A stretch of 64,000 nucleotides of DNA. It comes from Naegleria gruberi. Its lineage: Eukaryota. Below, one piece after another: positions 42,081 through 53,972 of this stretch. Position numbers and translations under genes: made by a program. The stretch lies in assembly GCA_000004985.1 (NCBI GenBank), contig GG738863.1. The stretch is one strand, 5' to 3'. Within the stretch, counting starts at the first letter, position 1. Each line of letters starts with the position of its first letter. The notes below the pieces were generated by a model. The model did no database searches, was not told the DNA's origin, and worked only from the letters and a program-made list of their open reading frames with translations.

Positions 42081-44793
42081 TTATTCAAAACTGGACAAAT
42101 CCAAGTTCAGTTTTATCTGATGATTAGAATTTGTGAGTTTCAACTTTTCCAAAATAAAGTCCTTTCTCTTTGTACAGTCAATCATCCTTTGAATGATTTT
42201 TCCAAAAGCGTTGAATACTTTAGTGAACCTCTTTCCAATCAAATTAGCAGAATAAAGATCTAGAGAAAGCATTTCATGAAAGTAGATAAACTCTTGCACA
42301 TCGATTGGAATAGCTTTGAAAAAATCATTCTCAATCTCTTCAACTGCTTCCAAATGGGATCTCCACGACTTGGACAACCCAGTCAAGAGGAATGCAGGGA
42401 TATGAGGAAATAAGGGGCTTTTAGCTAAATTTGACAGATTAGCTGCTGACTGTTTTAAAGATCTTCCTCTAAATCCCAACTCTCTAAATATCAATAATCT
42501 GTAGGATGAGACACTGATTGAAATGAGTAAATTTCCTAGTAATCTTCCCCTTTCTGGAATATTCTTCTTTGAATGATAGGCATTATACTCCTGTTCAATG
42601 GCATTCACAAAATGTAAATAGTCGGGTACATTTTCTTGTGAAATTGGCTTTTTCAAAATATTATTCAAACTATCAGGAATTACACTCTGACTAGAACTGT
42701 ATCTATATCCTTCTATCAGTTTTCTTTGCATAAAGTTTGGAATATATTGTTCCTCATTATCAACATCCCCCAATGTTAGAAGAACGAGTTGATAACCTCT
42801 CTTAAGACACATTGTAGATTCATCAAGTTGAGTTTGCTGTGAGAGAAACTTTCCAGTCGTTTCCACCAATGAAGCAGCTTCATCATTCATATAGGATGCA
42901 GCTGCAAATGATCCTAGATAACAACATATGGCAGCAATCAAATAACTTGGAGGAGATGAATAGTTATAGTCCATACACAAGAGCTCTTTTCCTCTGTAAA
43001 ATGCCCTTACAGAATTGGTATTATTTCCTGCCCTCTGGAAGCAAAACGATTGAATGGAGTAGAGTAAACTTGTGTACTGATACATGGTTCCGTACGCTTC
43101 CTTATTTACAATAATCTTGTTGAAGACATCTCTTGTTATGATTGGCACGCCAGCACTGACCATTCCAAAAAAGAGTTCAATAGTTTGTTGTTGAAGAATA
43201 ACTGGCAGGAGAAGAGTATTTCTTTCAAATGTGGAATAAACGGCATCATCTATTACTTGTGGAATGGTACTGATTGAATCTCGTACATCATTGTTTGATC
43301 CATTATTTGGAGAATTGTAAGAGGCATTTTGAGGTTGTTGGTGACTGATAAAATCAGTCTGTTGTCTCTGAATTAACATTTGACTAATAATTGGCATTAT
43401 TATTCCTGCATTTCCATTTTGAACAATTAATCCAAGAAGAGTTTCAATTGTTTGTTGATCACAATTAGTAGTGAGTACACTTCTAATGGTATTGACAAGA
43501 CTCTCAACATCTAATTGTTGAATATTCTGCATTCCGCTCATTATTGAACTATTATCATTGAAATATTGTTGTCGGTATGGTGGTTGTTGATGATAAATAT
43601 TTTGTTGTTGCTGTTGATTAGTATTTACAAGCTCTGCTCCATTGTTGATTGGAGTGGGAATAAATGAAAACGGAGGAGCATTTGCAAATAATGAAGAATT
43701 AACTTCATTATTCGAAATGGGTTGAGTAGTGGAGGTATGTACAGATGGAGGAGGTTCAGGAGTTATTTCATTATTTGTAGTCGAAGAAGATTTCTTAGAT
43801 TTTCCCACCTTTCTCTTTTTCACAGATGTTAATTGGAAATTTTCATAAGAACCACTTCTTTTTCCATTTGATTCTTGAATTGGTGGTTGTTGAATGGAAA
43901 ATTGTTGAGATTCATTAACTGTGTGACTAGTGTCAAATTGTGAAAGGGTAATATTATATCCAGAATTCTTCTTTTTAAAACTGTCAATTCCCATTATTGT
44001 CATGGTGACACTCTTCCTCTTTGGATGTTTGTTTTTACTTCCAACAGTTCTTCCACGTTTTTTTGGTTCTGGATATTGACACACCTTTCCCCTTGCTTTA
44101 CATTCCAAACAAATAGGTAATTGTCTCCCACACTATTTTCATCAATTTAAATATCCTCCAATCAGAACTGAATTAACTTACCTTTTTGTGTCCTCTTCTG
44201 CACGCTGTACATGAGATTGGGAATAAATTTGCCTCTTCTGAAATACTATTTTCCTCCACGGCTTCCTCTTCTTCTTCATGATTGACCATCTTTTTATGAG
44301 GAGAAGCTCCACATGATTCCACAGACAAAGAACTCGTAGAACTATTATCCAAATTATTGTCATTTTCATTTCCGAAATGAAACATGTTTCTTCCATGTAC
44401 GCCAATGTCCTCTCCTTTTTCCAGTAATTCCTCTCGAAGAGAAATATCCAACAAATCATTGCCATATACTGATGAATTTTTAGATAGTTGCCTTGTTTGA
44501 TTATTCCTACATGAACTACTTTGATTGGATTGTGTTTTTTGCTTTATCATCTCATCCCGAGAAGAAATATTCACGGATGATGTATCATCCAAAAATACTT
44601 GTTGCATGCTTGAATGCTGAAAGTCACTCACAACTCGTTCATCCTTCTCTGCTCTTTCATGTTGATCTCCATCACCAACACATGATGTCTCCCCACACTC
44701 CTGGTGACTGTTATTTGGAGGTTGCATTGGCGGCATTTTTGTTTGCTTTGGTTTTGTGAGAAGCAACGTTCTCCAATTCATGTGTGCAAGCAT
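42081..44793 (-). CDS. Zn(II)2Cys6 binuclear-cluster transcription factor with fungal-specific transcription-factor (middle homology) domain; two exons, minus 44793..44182 and 44132..42081
   Basis: The 49-bp intron (AAAAAG|GTAAGT...AAAATAG|TGT) splits the zinc cluster in phase 0. The spliced product reads SCTACRRGHKK|CGRQLPICLECKARGKVCQY, a canonical CX2CX6CX6CX2CX6C cluster followed by a basic linker. The downstream ...LLYSIQSFCFQRAGN...LIAAICCYLGSFAA region resembles the Fungal_trans domain. Confidence 0.7.
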
Positions 44794-45451
44794 TCTGTGT
44801 TGGATTTCCTCACCAAGATATTTGATAAGATGCAGCAGTTGTTTTTTGATAGGGAAATATTGAGAGTGGAGGAGTCACGTGACTAAAAATATTAATTTTG
44901 GTAAGGATTTCTTTTAGGAGAGGAAAATTGGGAGCCTTATTTCTCCAGTAACCTATGGGTATGTTATCTTACAAATGCGATAGAGCGTGAATACCCTAAT
45001 AACTATGATAGGACTTCCTATTAAACATCTGAAGAGTCAAATTTCAAATGCCAAGTAGTTCTCCCTTCTTTTCAGATGCATTTAGTGACTAATAAATGTT
45101 TTGAAATAGTTTGTAATCTTCCTCTTTCATTATTTACCTTTTATTATCATTGTCACGATTTTAATATCGCAATTAAAACTTGCTTGTTTTTTGTCCATGC
45201 CAACAGTCAAAAAGTCCATTCATAAGGTCAATTGTACGCTCAAAGATGAATGTATAAATTATTTTGTGCTCATATCTGAGCTTCAGAGTTACTGTAGTAT
45301 CTAAATTAGATTACAACAAAGACTTTATCTTCTATGATGCTATGAATACACCAGTGCAATAAACTGCTCATAATCCAACATACAAAGTCGTTGATTACAA
45401 AGTGAGCAGTCTATTGGCGCAAAAATATCACTACAACTTGGGAACAGGTAG

Positions 45452-46809
45452 TTGAATTATCATCTAAAAAAAATGCTCTCCTTCTTCTCTAGGGCTCGAT
45501 CTCTCTCATCCTCAACAGAAAATAATGAAGAATCAACAACGTCTAATACAAAATCAAGTAAAATAATCATTGAGGAGATTGATTCTGAAACTGAAATAAC
45601 AACCACACCAACAACCCCACAACCTACAACAGAAACAGAAACAAGAGAAGATCCATCCCAAACTTCTCCCTCAAGCGCCGAAAAAAGGTACCACACTCCA
45701 AGAATAACTGTAGATGTTATCAGGGACTTGTGCTCTCGCCAAAGTTTGTTCCAAACACCCTATTTGAATGATAAACTCTTCCTTCATCACCGAGGCTTCA
45801 GAGTCATTGAAAATTTAGAATTATACACTGAACTGAAAGCTTTATGGCTTGAGGGTAATGCCATCACTAAAATTGAAAACCTTGGCCACTTGGATAAGCT
45901 CAGATGTTTGTATCTCAACCAGAATCTCATCACTACAATTGAAAATTTGGAAAATTTAGTGAATTTGCAAACATTGAACCTCTCCAGTAACAGAATTACT
46001 GTTGTAGAAAATTTGGAATGTTGCCCTCAATTGGAGACTTTNNNNNNNNNNNNNNNNNNNNNNNNNNNNNNNNNNNNNNNNNNNNNNNNNNNNNNNNNNN
46101 NNNNNNNNNNNNNNNNNNNNNNNNNNNNNNNNNNNNNNNNNNNNNNNNNNNNNNNNNNNNNNNNNNNNNNNNNNNNNNNNNNNNNNNNNNNNNNNNNNNN
46201 NNNNNNNNNNNNNNNNNNNNNNNNNNNNNNNNNNNNNNNNNNNNNNNNNNNNNNNNNNNNNNNNNNNNNNNNNNNNNNNNNNNNNNNNNNNNNNNNNNNN
46301 NNNNNNNNNNNNNNNNNNNNNNNNNNNNNNNNNNNNNNNNNNNNNNNNNNNNNNNNNNNNNNNNNNNNNNNNNNNNNNNNNNNNNNNNNNNNNNNNNNNN
46401 NNNNNNNNNNNNNNNNNNNNNNNNNNNNNNNNNNNNNNNNNNNNNNNNNNNNNNNNNNNNNNNNNNNNNNNNNNNNNNNNNNNNNNNNNNNNNNNNNNNN
46501 NNNNNNNNNNNNNNNNNNNNNNNNNNNNNNNNNNNNNNNNNNNNNNNNNNNNNNNNNNNNNNNNNNNNNNNNNNNNNNNNNNNNNNNNNNNNNNNNNNNN
46601 NNNNNNNNNNNNNNNNNNNNNNNNNGGCAACTCTCACATTCGAACATGCTGGTGAAGAAAAATCAATGATTGTCGATGTAAACCTATACAATTCCGAAGT
46701 TTGCAGAAAGGAATATGCCAGACTGTATCAAAATAATCAAGACAAACCATCAAAAACCCAACTCTACTCTCCTCACATCGTTTCACTGTGGCTTAGAGAA
46801 TTGAAATAA
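45452..46809 (+). CDS. LRR protein resembling dynein axonemal assembly factor 1 (DNAAF1/LRRC50/ODA7), interrupted by assembly gap 46042..46625
   Basis: LCSRQSLFQTPYLNDKLFLHHRGFRVIENLELYTELKALWLEGNAITKIENL...CLYLNQNLITTIENLENLVNLQTLNLSSNRITVVENLECCPQLE follows the DNAAF1 N-terminal LRR block almost position by position. The post-gap segment (46626..46809) may be the C-terminus of the same gene. Confidence 0.55.
46042..46625. other. Assembly gap (584 N)
   Basis: Run of N inside the DNAAF1-like gene. Confidence 1.
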
Positions 46810-46872
46810 AAACCGTTGCCGCTTTTTTTTCAAAAAGCTAACCGTTTAGTTTAATTTAATCACAAAAAAAAG

Positions 46873-48367
46873 ATGCAACAACACTACTCTTTCAACCAAC
46901 AACAAGTTCTGCATCACAATTCTTTTCACAATAATTTCACCACAGGTGTTGCCCAACAGCAACAACAACGAATGTACCAGAACCTTGTACCAGAACAACA
47001 AACACCATTCCAAGCCGATCCATCATCACTCCACAATATTCTCTACTCTCAACCACCAACAACAACAACAACAATACATTCCCGGAGGAACAACTAGCAA
47101 TTCCAAGACACCAAACAAGACTACCAATGGTTATCAATCCTACTTTTCCCAACAACAACAGCAGCAACAACAAAATACTTCCTTCAGCAATAAGGAAAAT
47201 ATTGATATCAATGCCATGATCATGATGTACAGTAGTAATCAACCAAAAACTCCAGGCAGAAACAACTCCTTCCAACAAGCTAACAATGATGGTATGAATA
47301 TTTGTAACTCGACTGGAAAATCCACATCCATCACACCTGGTAAGTCATTGAGAAAGGAATCATTGTGTAGAACTGGTGAGAAGAAATTCTTGGCCTCTCC
47401 TAAACGACCAACCCCTAAACAATTACGTAATGCACAAGCTTATTCAAATAATAATAATAATAGCGGCCTTACAAGCAGTTTGAATACCAGTTACAATGCA
47501 TCATCAAGCATGTTAAACAGTAGCATGATAAGTGGTGGAAACAGTATTAATAGCAATAGATCATCCATGCACCACCATCATCATCAAAATAATACAATGA
47601 ATAGGTCCACAATTAGTAGTTCCAACACCACCAACTCCTCCTCTAGTAGAATCTCCTCAAACCATTCCAATACAACTAAATCTACTACTGTTGGTAGTCA
47701 AAAAAGAACTAATTCAGTCAGAAGAAACAATGGTAAAACACCTACAACTCAACACAGGAACTTATCTCAGCAACAAAAAAAGAGCGCCAAGAAGGCCACA
47801 AACTTGAGTTCAGACATGAATAATTTCCTTACCTGCACCACCTCCTCAACTACCTTATTTGATGACGATGATACATTAATGGGAAATTCAAACAATGGTT
47901 GTGAAATTACCAATTATTTGAATAATCAACTTCATAAGTATTCAAAGAATGAATTGAGGAATATTCTCCAAAACTATCTAAAGAAAATGGATGATGTATC
48001 AAACAGTAGTAGTTTTTTACAAAGTACCTCCTCCTCTAGCAGCAGTAATTCTGGAGTGAGTTGCCAATTTCCAACGTCCAACCCTTATCAAGACATGAAC
48101 CTCCTCAATACATCCCTGAACAGTAGTAGTGGGCAATCAATCGTGGGTTCGTCCACCTCTAATATTCCAACAACAGTTGTTGGTGGATCCACCAATCTTA
48201 ATAGCAGTGGCTTCCAAACAATGCATACTGCAACTGCTCCTCAACACCAGCAAAATAATCCTAGATCCTCAATCTATCAAAGGTATGAACCTAGTGATCT
48301 GATCAAGAAGTTATTGATGGAAGAAGAATCCAGATCAAGATACTCCCAGAATGCGTACAGAAAATAG
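46873..48367 (+). CDS. Asn/Ser/Thr/Gln-rich low-complexity protein (two overlapping frames; possible frameshift)
   Basis: Long ORF 46946..48367 with an upstream in-phase-shifted ORF 46873..47097. Composition is strongly biased, including polyQ, polyN, polyS and a His run. No domain recognised. Confidence 0.3.
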
Positions 48368-48755
48368 ATAATCAAGTTTATCCTATACTGAAAGTACGTT
48401 AGTAGCAATTGATCAACTTATAACTGATAATATTTGTAAATGCTTAATAAAATGAATCCCATTCGTATTGACTATAAAGTAGAATGATGTGCTCGTATTG
48501 ACTCTGAATGGGCCTAGGCAACGAACACCTGTTTCCTGTAGTCTCCTTATTCAGTCCAAATACGATGAATAAGGCAAATATTTTCAGAGTAAGGTATGGC
48601 ATTCTGTCACTTCGCGTTTAATAATACGCCTATTCTTGATCAATTACTGTGCTTCTTCATCCTTAATTGCTTAAAAAGCACACCTTAGCAAGTACAACAG
48701 TCACAACACTACACAAAAAAACAACTCAACACAATCCACAAATCCTCCTCTCAAG

Positions 48756-49475
48756 ATGCCAGCTCCATCAATAACCGAAGAAGAACATTTTAACATATGG
48801 AAGCAATTAAAGACCAACCACCTCGATAGATATCAACTCCAACGCATGGACTCGAGGGATGATTTGGACTCACAAGTCACAGATCAGAGAAGAGTCTCTC
48901 TTCCTGGTGCTTATGCTCAAGTGCAACCATCTACATCATCCAATAATAGAAGACTGTCAATAGTGCAGGATCCTTTCTCTACTGATATAACCAGTTTTTT
49001 CAACGCCAATCACAAACAAGCCACAGCAGGTAGAAGGTATTCAGTTGCTGCCTCACAGATAAACTCTAGCTCACTTTATCCTGGGTATGATCTTTCATCA
49101 GTTTATAATTTAAAGAAAGATGTTGAAAACACTAGAAGAGACGTTGTGATAAAGGACGAGGGTATCATTCTCTATGGTGACTTGAAGAAGAAGAAACTCT
49201 TAGACTCTCTCACATGGCAAGTTCCAGTCTATGAAGAAATAATCATTGAAAGAATAACAGGACATGGAAAACTCTACTATTGTAATTACTCTTCATCAGA
49301 TAAGCTTAAGAAGATTTACGATAGCGCCTCAATATCTCAGGAGGATGGCTCTCTAACTTGCAACACCAAATTCCTCCAATTACACAACAGTTCAACCTAC
49401 TTTTTCAAATTTGTAAAATATAGTCCTCAAGATACCATCACCTTCTCCTTTAGAAACAAATCTGTAGGACTTTAA
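48756..49475 (+). CDS. Hypothetical protein
   Basis: 239-aa ORF with ordinary composition and no recognisable motif. Codon usage is consistent with neighbouring genes. Confidence 0.3.
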   Translation: MPAPSITEEEHFNIWKQLKTNHLDRYQLQRMDSRDDLDSQVTDQRRVSLPGAYAQVQPSTSSNNRRLSIVQDPFSTDITSFFNANHKQATAGRRYSVAASQINSSSLYPGYDLSSVYNLKKDVENTRRDVVIKDEGIILYGDLKKKKLLDSLTWQVPVYEEIIIERITGHGKLYYCNYSSSDKLKKIYDSASISQEDGSLTCNTKFLQLHNSSTYFFKFVKYSPQDTITFSFRNKSVGL

Positions 49476-49617
49476 ACAGCACTACAAAATTCCAAGCGAA
49501 AAAAGTGACTTCGCTATTATCGTAGAAATAAAGTTTGAATGTGAGCAATCTCTGAGTGGGAGATTCATCTAATCGTAAATAACAGTAAAACCATGACCTT
49601 AATTGAAATTGACTTAT

Positions 49618-50544
49618 TTATTTTCTTCTTTTGCTCTTCTTCGCCAATTGAGTGGAACTTCCACTCAATTTGTAAAGCAAGAAGGAATCGTGTTTATCTT
49701 TGAAACAATATCTATGCATTGGACCACATACGCTACAACCAGTAGAGGCACTATTCCTCACCTTCTCAAGTTTATGACAAACAACACAATGAGCAACTCT
49801 ACCAGAATAGCCCAGTTCACGAACCGTAATTAATTTGTGTGCTGAGGCAAGTTTGATTGGTGACAACTGTAAACAAAGTTGATCCACAAAATCATTCTTT
49901 GTAATGGATGATTTTTTAGCCAATTTGAAGGCGACGAATGCATTATGAATCATCATACTAAAATACCAATACAATAAACCAATTCTCCAACGATACTTTC
50001 GGTAAGGGAATTTAGTTTGGAGGCGGAATTATTAACTTGGTCAATATGACCTGCTTCACTGAAATATCTATTAACAAGAGTGGGAACAACTTTACCTTGA
50101 AGAGTGAAATCCGTTGTTTCCAAATTATCCATTTTCTCTTGACGAATGACAAGGTTTCCATTTTCGAAATCTATTGGAATAGTTGTCAAAAAATTCAAAA
50201 TCTTACCCTCATTATTCTTAATACAAAATACACCAAATNNNNNNNNNNNNNNNNNNNNNNNNNNNNNNNNNNNNNNNNNNNNNNNNNNNNNNNNNNNNNN
50301 NNNNNNNNNNNNNNNNNNNNNNNNNNNNNNNNNNNNNNNNNNNNNNNNNNNNNNNNNNNNNNNNNNNNNNNNNNNNNNNNNNNNNNNNNNNNNNNNNNNN
50401 NNNNNNNNNNNNNNNNNNNNNNNNNNNNNNNNNNNNNNTTTCGACAATCAGGAAATTGAACTTCCCAAAGAATGTAAAAAGAGAATAGTCACTTGGGAAA
50501 ATCAAGCTAGACAAATCATACGTGAAGCCAAAAAATATGAGCAA
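49618..50544 (-). mobile_element. piggyBac-like transposase remnant (C-terminal DDE region plus Cys-rich domain), spanning assembly gap 50239..50438
   Basis: ORF 49618..49974 (minus) ends with a piggyBac-type CRD: HCVVCHK...TGCSVCGPMHRYCFKDKHD, i.e. C-x2-C...C-x2-C...C-F-x-x-H. The adjacent upstream ORF has ...RYFSEAGHIDQVN, comparable to the transposase NKYMGGVDxxDQ region. The element is truncated at only ~300 aa, and TIR/TTAA ends were not identified. Confidence 0.45.
50239..50438. other. Assembly gap (200 N)
   Basis: Run of N inside the piggyBac-like remnant. Confidence 1.
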
Positions 50545-50893
50545 ACTGGCTCACTAAGTTCATTCAATTCCTACAGGATTGTGATGAAAAAATAAATGTA
50601 CTTTACAATGAAACTCTTCAATTCAACAACATTAGCTCAATGTTATTCTCATCAAGATTTATCTGAGAGAAAATCTCAAGTTAGTAACAAATGGAATAAA
50701 TGCGCACGTACAAACTTTCCTTACCGATAGAAAAATCGAAATGCTTCGGGTTTGCAAATTGCAAAAAACCAAATAAATAGAATGAACATGTCGAGTGATG
50801 AAAGAAAAACACAAAAAAAAAATCGATAAGCATCAATCTCTATCGGATCAATAGATTAAATCAAACCCTAATTAAATCATAGTTAATAGAAAA

Positions 50894-51703
50894 ATGTCTG
50901 CTAGAGCTCCTTCATTGTTTGTTTGCCATGGTGGTGGTCCTCTTCCAGTGCTTGGTGACAAATCACATTCATCTCTTATTGAATTCTTCACTACAAAAGC
51001 ACAGCAAATCTTCACTCCGAAACCAAAAGCCATCGTGATGGTGACTGCTCACTGGGAAGAGTCACAACCATTCATTTCATCAGGTGCTAAACATGATTTA
51101 TTATATGATTATTATGGATTTCCATCAGAATCTTATAAGATTCAGTATAAAGCAAGTGGTTCACCACAAGTTGCTCAACAAGTTGCTGATCTATTAAGAA
51201 AGGCAGGGTTTTCACCAGAAATGGATTCAAAGAGAGGATGGGATCACGGCACTTTTATTCCATTGAAAATGATGTTGCCAGAAGCAGATATTCCAATTGT
51301 CCAAGTGTCAGTATTATCATCACAAGATGCTGCAGCTCACTACAAAATGGGAAGAGCTTTGGAATCACTTCGTGATGAGGGAGTTGCAATTGTTGGAAGT
51401 GGAATGATCCCTCACAATTTCTCATACATTAGAAAATTCATGGCTGGAGGTAGTTCAAAACCTTGGGGAGTTGCATTCGATGCAGCTCTCACTGAAGCAT
51501 GTGCAATTGAGGACGTGGAAGAGAGAGAAGCCAAGCTTTTACAATGGAAGACAATGCCAGGTCGAGAGGAATGTCAAGCACTTGGAGCTGCTGAACATTT
51601 AATGCCATTATTTGTTGTGGCTGGTGCTGGAGGCTTTGGTAAGGGAAAGAAGGTTGATGCTTCTCCATTGATGGGCTCAGTTGCATCTTCATTCCTGTGG
51701 TAA
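50894..51703 (+). CDS. Extradiol ring-cleavage dioxygenase, class III subunit B (LigB/YgiD/DOPA-4,5-dioxygenase family)
   Basis: 269-aa intronless ORF with family motifs LFVCHGGGP, AHWEE, WDHGTFIPL and GSGMIPHN. It is noticeably less AT-rich than its neighbours. Confidence 0.75.
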   Translation: MSARAPSLFVCHGGGPLPVLGDKSHSSLIEFFTTKAQQIFTPKPKAIVMVTAHWEESQPFISSGAKHDLLYDYYGFPSESYKIQYKASGSPQVAQQVADLLRKAGFSPEMDSKRGWDHGTFIPLKMMLPEADIPIVQVSVLSSQDAAAHYKMGRALESLRDEGVAIVGSGMIPHNFSYIRKFMAGGSSKPWGVAFDAALTEACAIEDVEEREAKLLQWKTMPGREECQALGAAEHLMPLFVVAGAGGFGKGKKVDASPLMGSVASSFLW

Positions 51704-52179
51704 AATTGTTTCCTCTCCTTTTTGTACATAAACTCAGTCCAATAAATCATTTATTCAACCATGTATTGTCAGCTCTGTATATGAATTAATTGCATTCTTA
51801 AAGACTATAATGGTAACAAACAAAAGCTTAATTCTTATGAAAATGTTATCAACCCAATCTGCTAAATGCGGTGATATGTTGTTTGTTGAGGAGAAAATAT
51901 GATTATAATTATATGAAAATGACCTCCCAACCAAAATGGTAATTGGTATTCGATAAAGCAGTAACATTCTCGGCCTTGCATGAAGTAATGGCACATCTTT
52001 TTGTTATTATCCTCTGAATTCAGAACCGGCTTTCCTAATTATTTCCTCTACTCATGAAACATCATAGATTTACGCATAAAAAATCGTTTGTCCTACATTG
52101 ACATGTCAATGGTTAATAAACAAAGTTTCGAATAATATCTCCAGTGCTTATTGGATTTTTATCTATCTAACATTAAAAA

Positions 52180-53472
52180 ATGTCTTTAGATTCAACAAGA
52201 CTCTTTCGTTCATTATCACTGTACAGTATTTCTCCAGTAGTGGTCATTCAAAAAATCGATCCAGAACAATTGGCAAACAGTACTCATGAACAGTTGGCCA
52301 AATTTTTTCCTCAGATGGAAGAAAATATTCCCTCACTGGTCAATTCAGGTATTTTCTTAGTTTCCTATCTGATTGTGATGGTGATTATGGGAGTGATTGT
52401 GGCTAGATATTGGAAAGAAATGAAAAGGAATCAGAAAGTAATTTACTTTGCTGTTTTTTGGTGTATTCTGCAACAATCGTTCGGTTTAATCATGAGAACG
52501 AGTTTTAATTCATTAGCTTTGTGGATGAATCAATTTAGTGACTATACGAAAGTGGAAAACATGTCAGAGAAATTGATTACACTCGCTGTACTGTCACTGT
52601 TAGAGAGTTTGGCTGTTTATGGGCAGGGAATGACAGTTGTAATCGTAGTTGGGTTGATTTTGAATATGTTGTAAGTTTTTATTATTCAAGTTTCAATTGT
52701 TCGAATTCGAATATTGTTTAGTATGGATACCATTAGAAACGCTGGAGGATTTACTTCGAAAACTTATCTCACTATGAAGTATATTCTCAATGCCCTGATT
52801 GGGATTAGTGCATTCATTATTGGAATTTGTATCTTGTTGAATATTGGTATTGAACTGGCTGAGAAACTTGTCGGCATTGATGTGGAGGTATTACCAATCC
52901 TTGTGGTTATATTTCTTACATTTATTGTAATCTTAGTATTGGAGAGTATTGTTTTTATTGGAATGGGTATCAAACTCTTTAAAATTATCAAGAGATCTCA
53001 TCACGTCACTCAATTGAATAAGCAACTTCACTTTCTTCAAAAACCTGAAACGAAAATTATGGGTCTAATGATTGGAATGTTATTGAGTGCCTACATGCAA
53101 ATATTGGCAGCTATTGTCTCTGTCATTACAGGAGAGGTTGCATCATATCTTCACGTAATTGATTACTTTTTACAAGCAAGTGGAATTCTCCTCTTTTCAA
53201 TCTTTGTACTCCTAGTTCACAATCCATTGCTTTCATTTAATTTGGATAAGAGTGCAAAACAACAACAAGATATTCCACTCTCACAAATGTCCTCCTCAGA
53301 CAAGCACAGGCAAACACCTCGAAGACAATCTCAACATTACTCTCCCAAACAAGTAGTGGCCATTTCAAAGGATGATTTCAAAGAAGAGAATCCAAGTGTT
53401 GTAGAAGAGCTCCCATCACCATCACCATCATCAACAACTGAACAACCACAACAACCAAGTGATCAAGTTTAA
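52180..53472 (+). CDS. Seven-transmembrane (GPCR-like) protein; two exons, 52180..52670 and 52722..53472
   Basis: Three hydrophobic helices in exon 1 and four in exon 2. The 51-bp intron (ATGTT|GTAAGT...TGTTTAG|T) keeps phase. A hydrophilic Ser/Pro/Gln-rich cytoplasmic tail follows. Confidence 0.5.
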
Positions 53473-53972
53473 TTGTAGTATCAATTATAGTTGGACCAAG
53501 TTTTGGATGGCCAAGACAGAAAGTCTTCAAATTGAATTGAAGCAGATCATTAGCCATGCAAAACGTGAAAATGCTACAGAAGTGAAAATCAAAAAGAGTG
53601 TTGAACAAAGTATAAAATTTATGTTGTAAAACAAGAATTCACATAGTTCAACAAAAAAACTTGTTTGCGATAATTTTGGCCCAATTTGCTTTTTTTAAAA
53701 GAAATCAAAAAGAATAACATCACACAAATCTTTAGGTTGCATGTTAATCGAAAGGAAACATTAAATTACCAATTCAATTGCACAACCACTACTTGCATTA
53801 ATCCCACTTATATCAGTCCTATCCTCATAGTCAGTCCCTATTCAATAATAGATCTTGATTTGAATATTAATAGGTTATCAAAAAAAGAGCATCACCACAG
53901 AGATTCAAACAATTTAATTCCTTTTCTCATATTGCTACTGCTGCAAGACTACTTCAACAACGTAGAATAATA

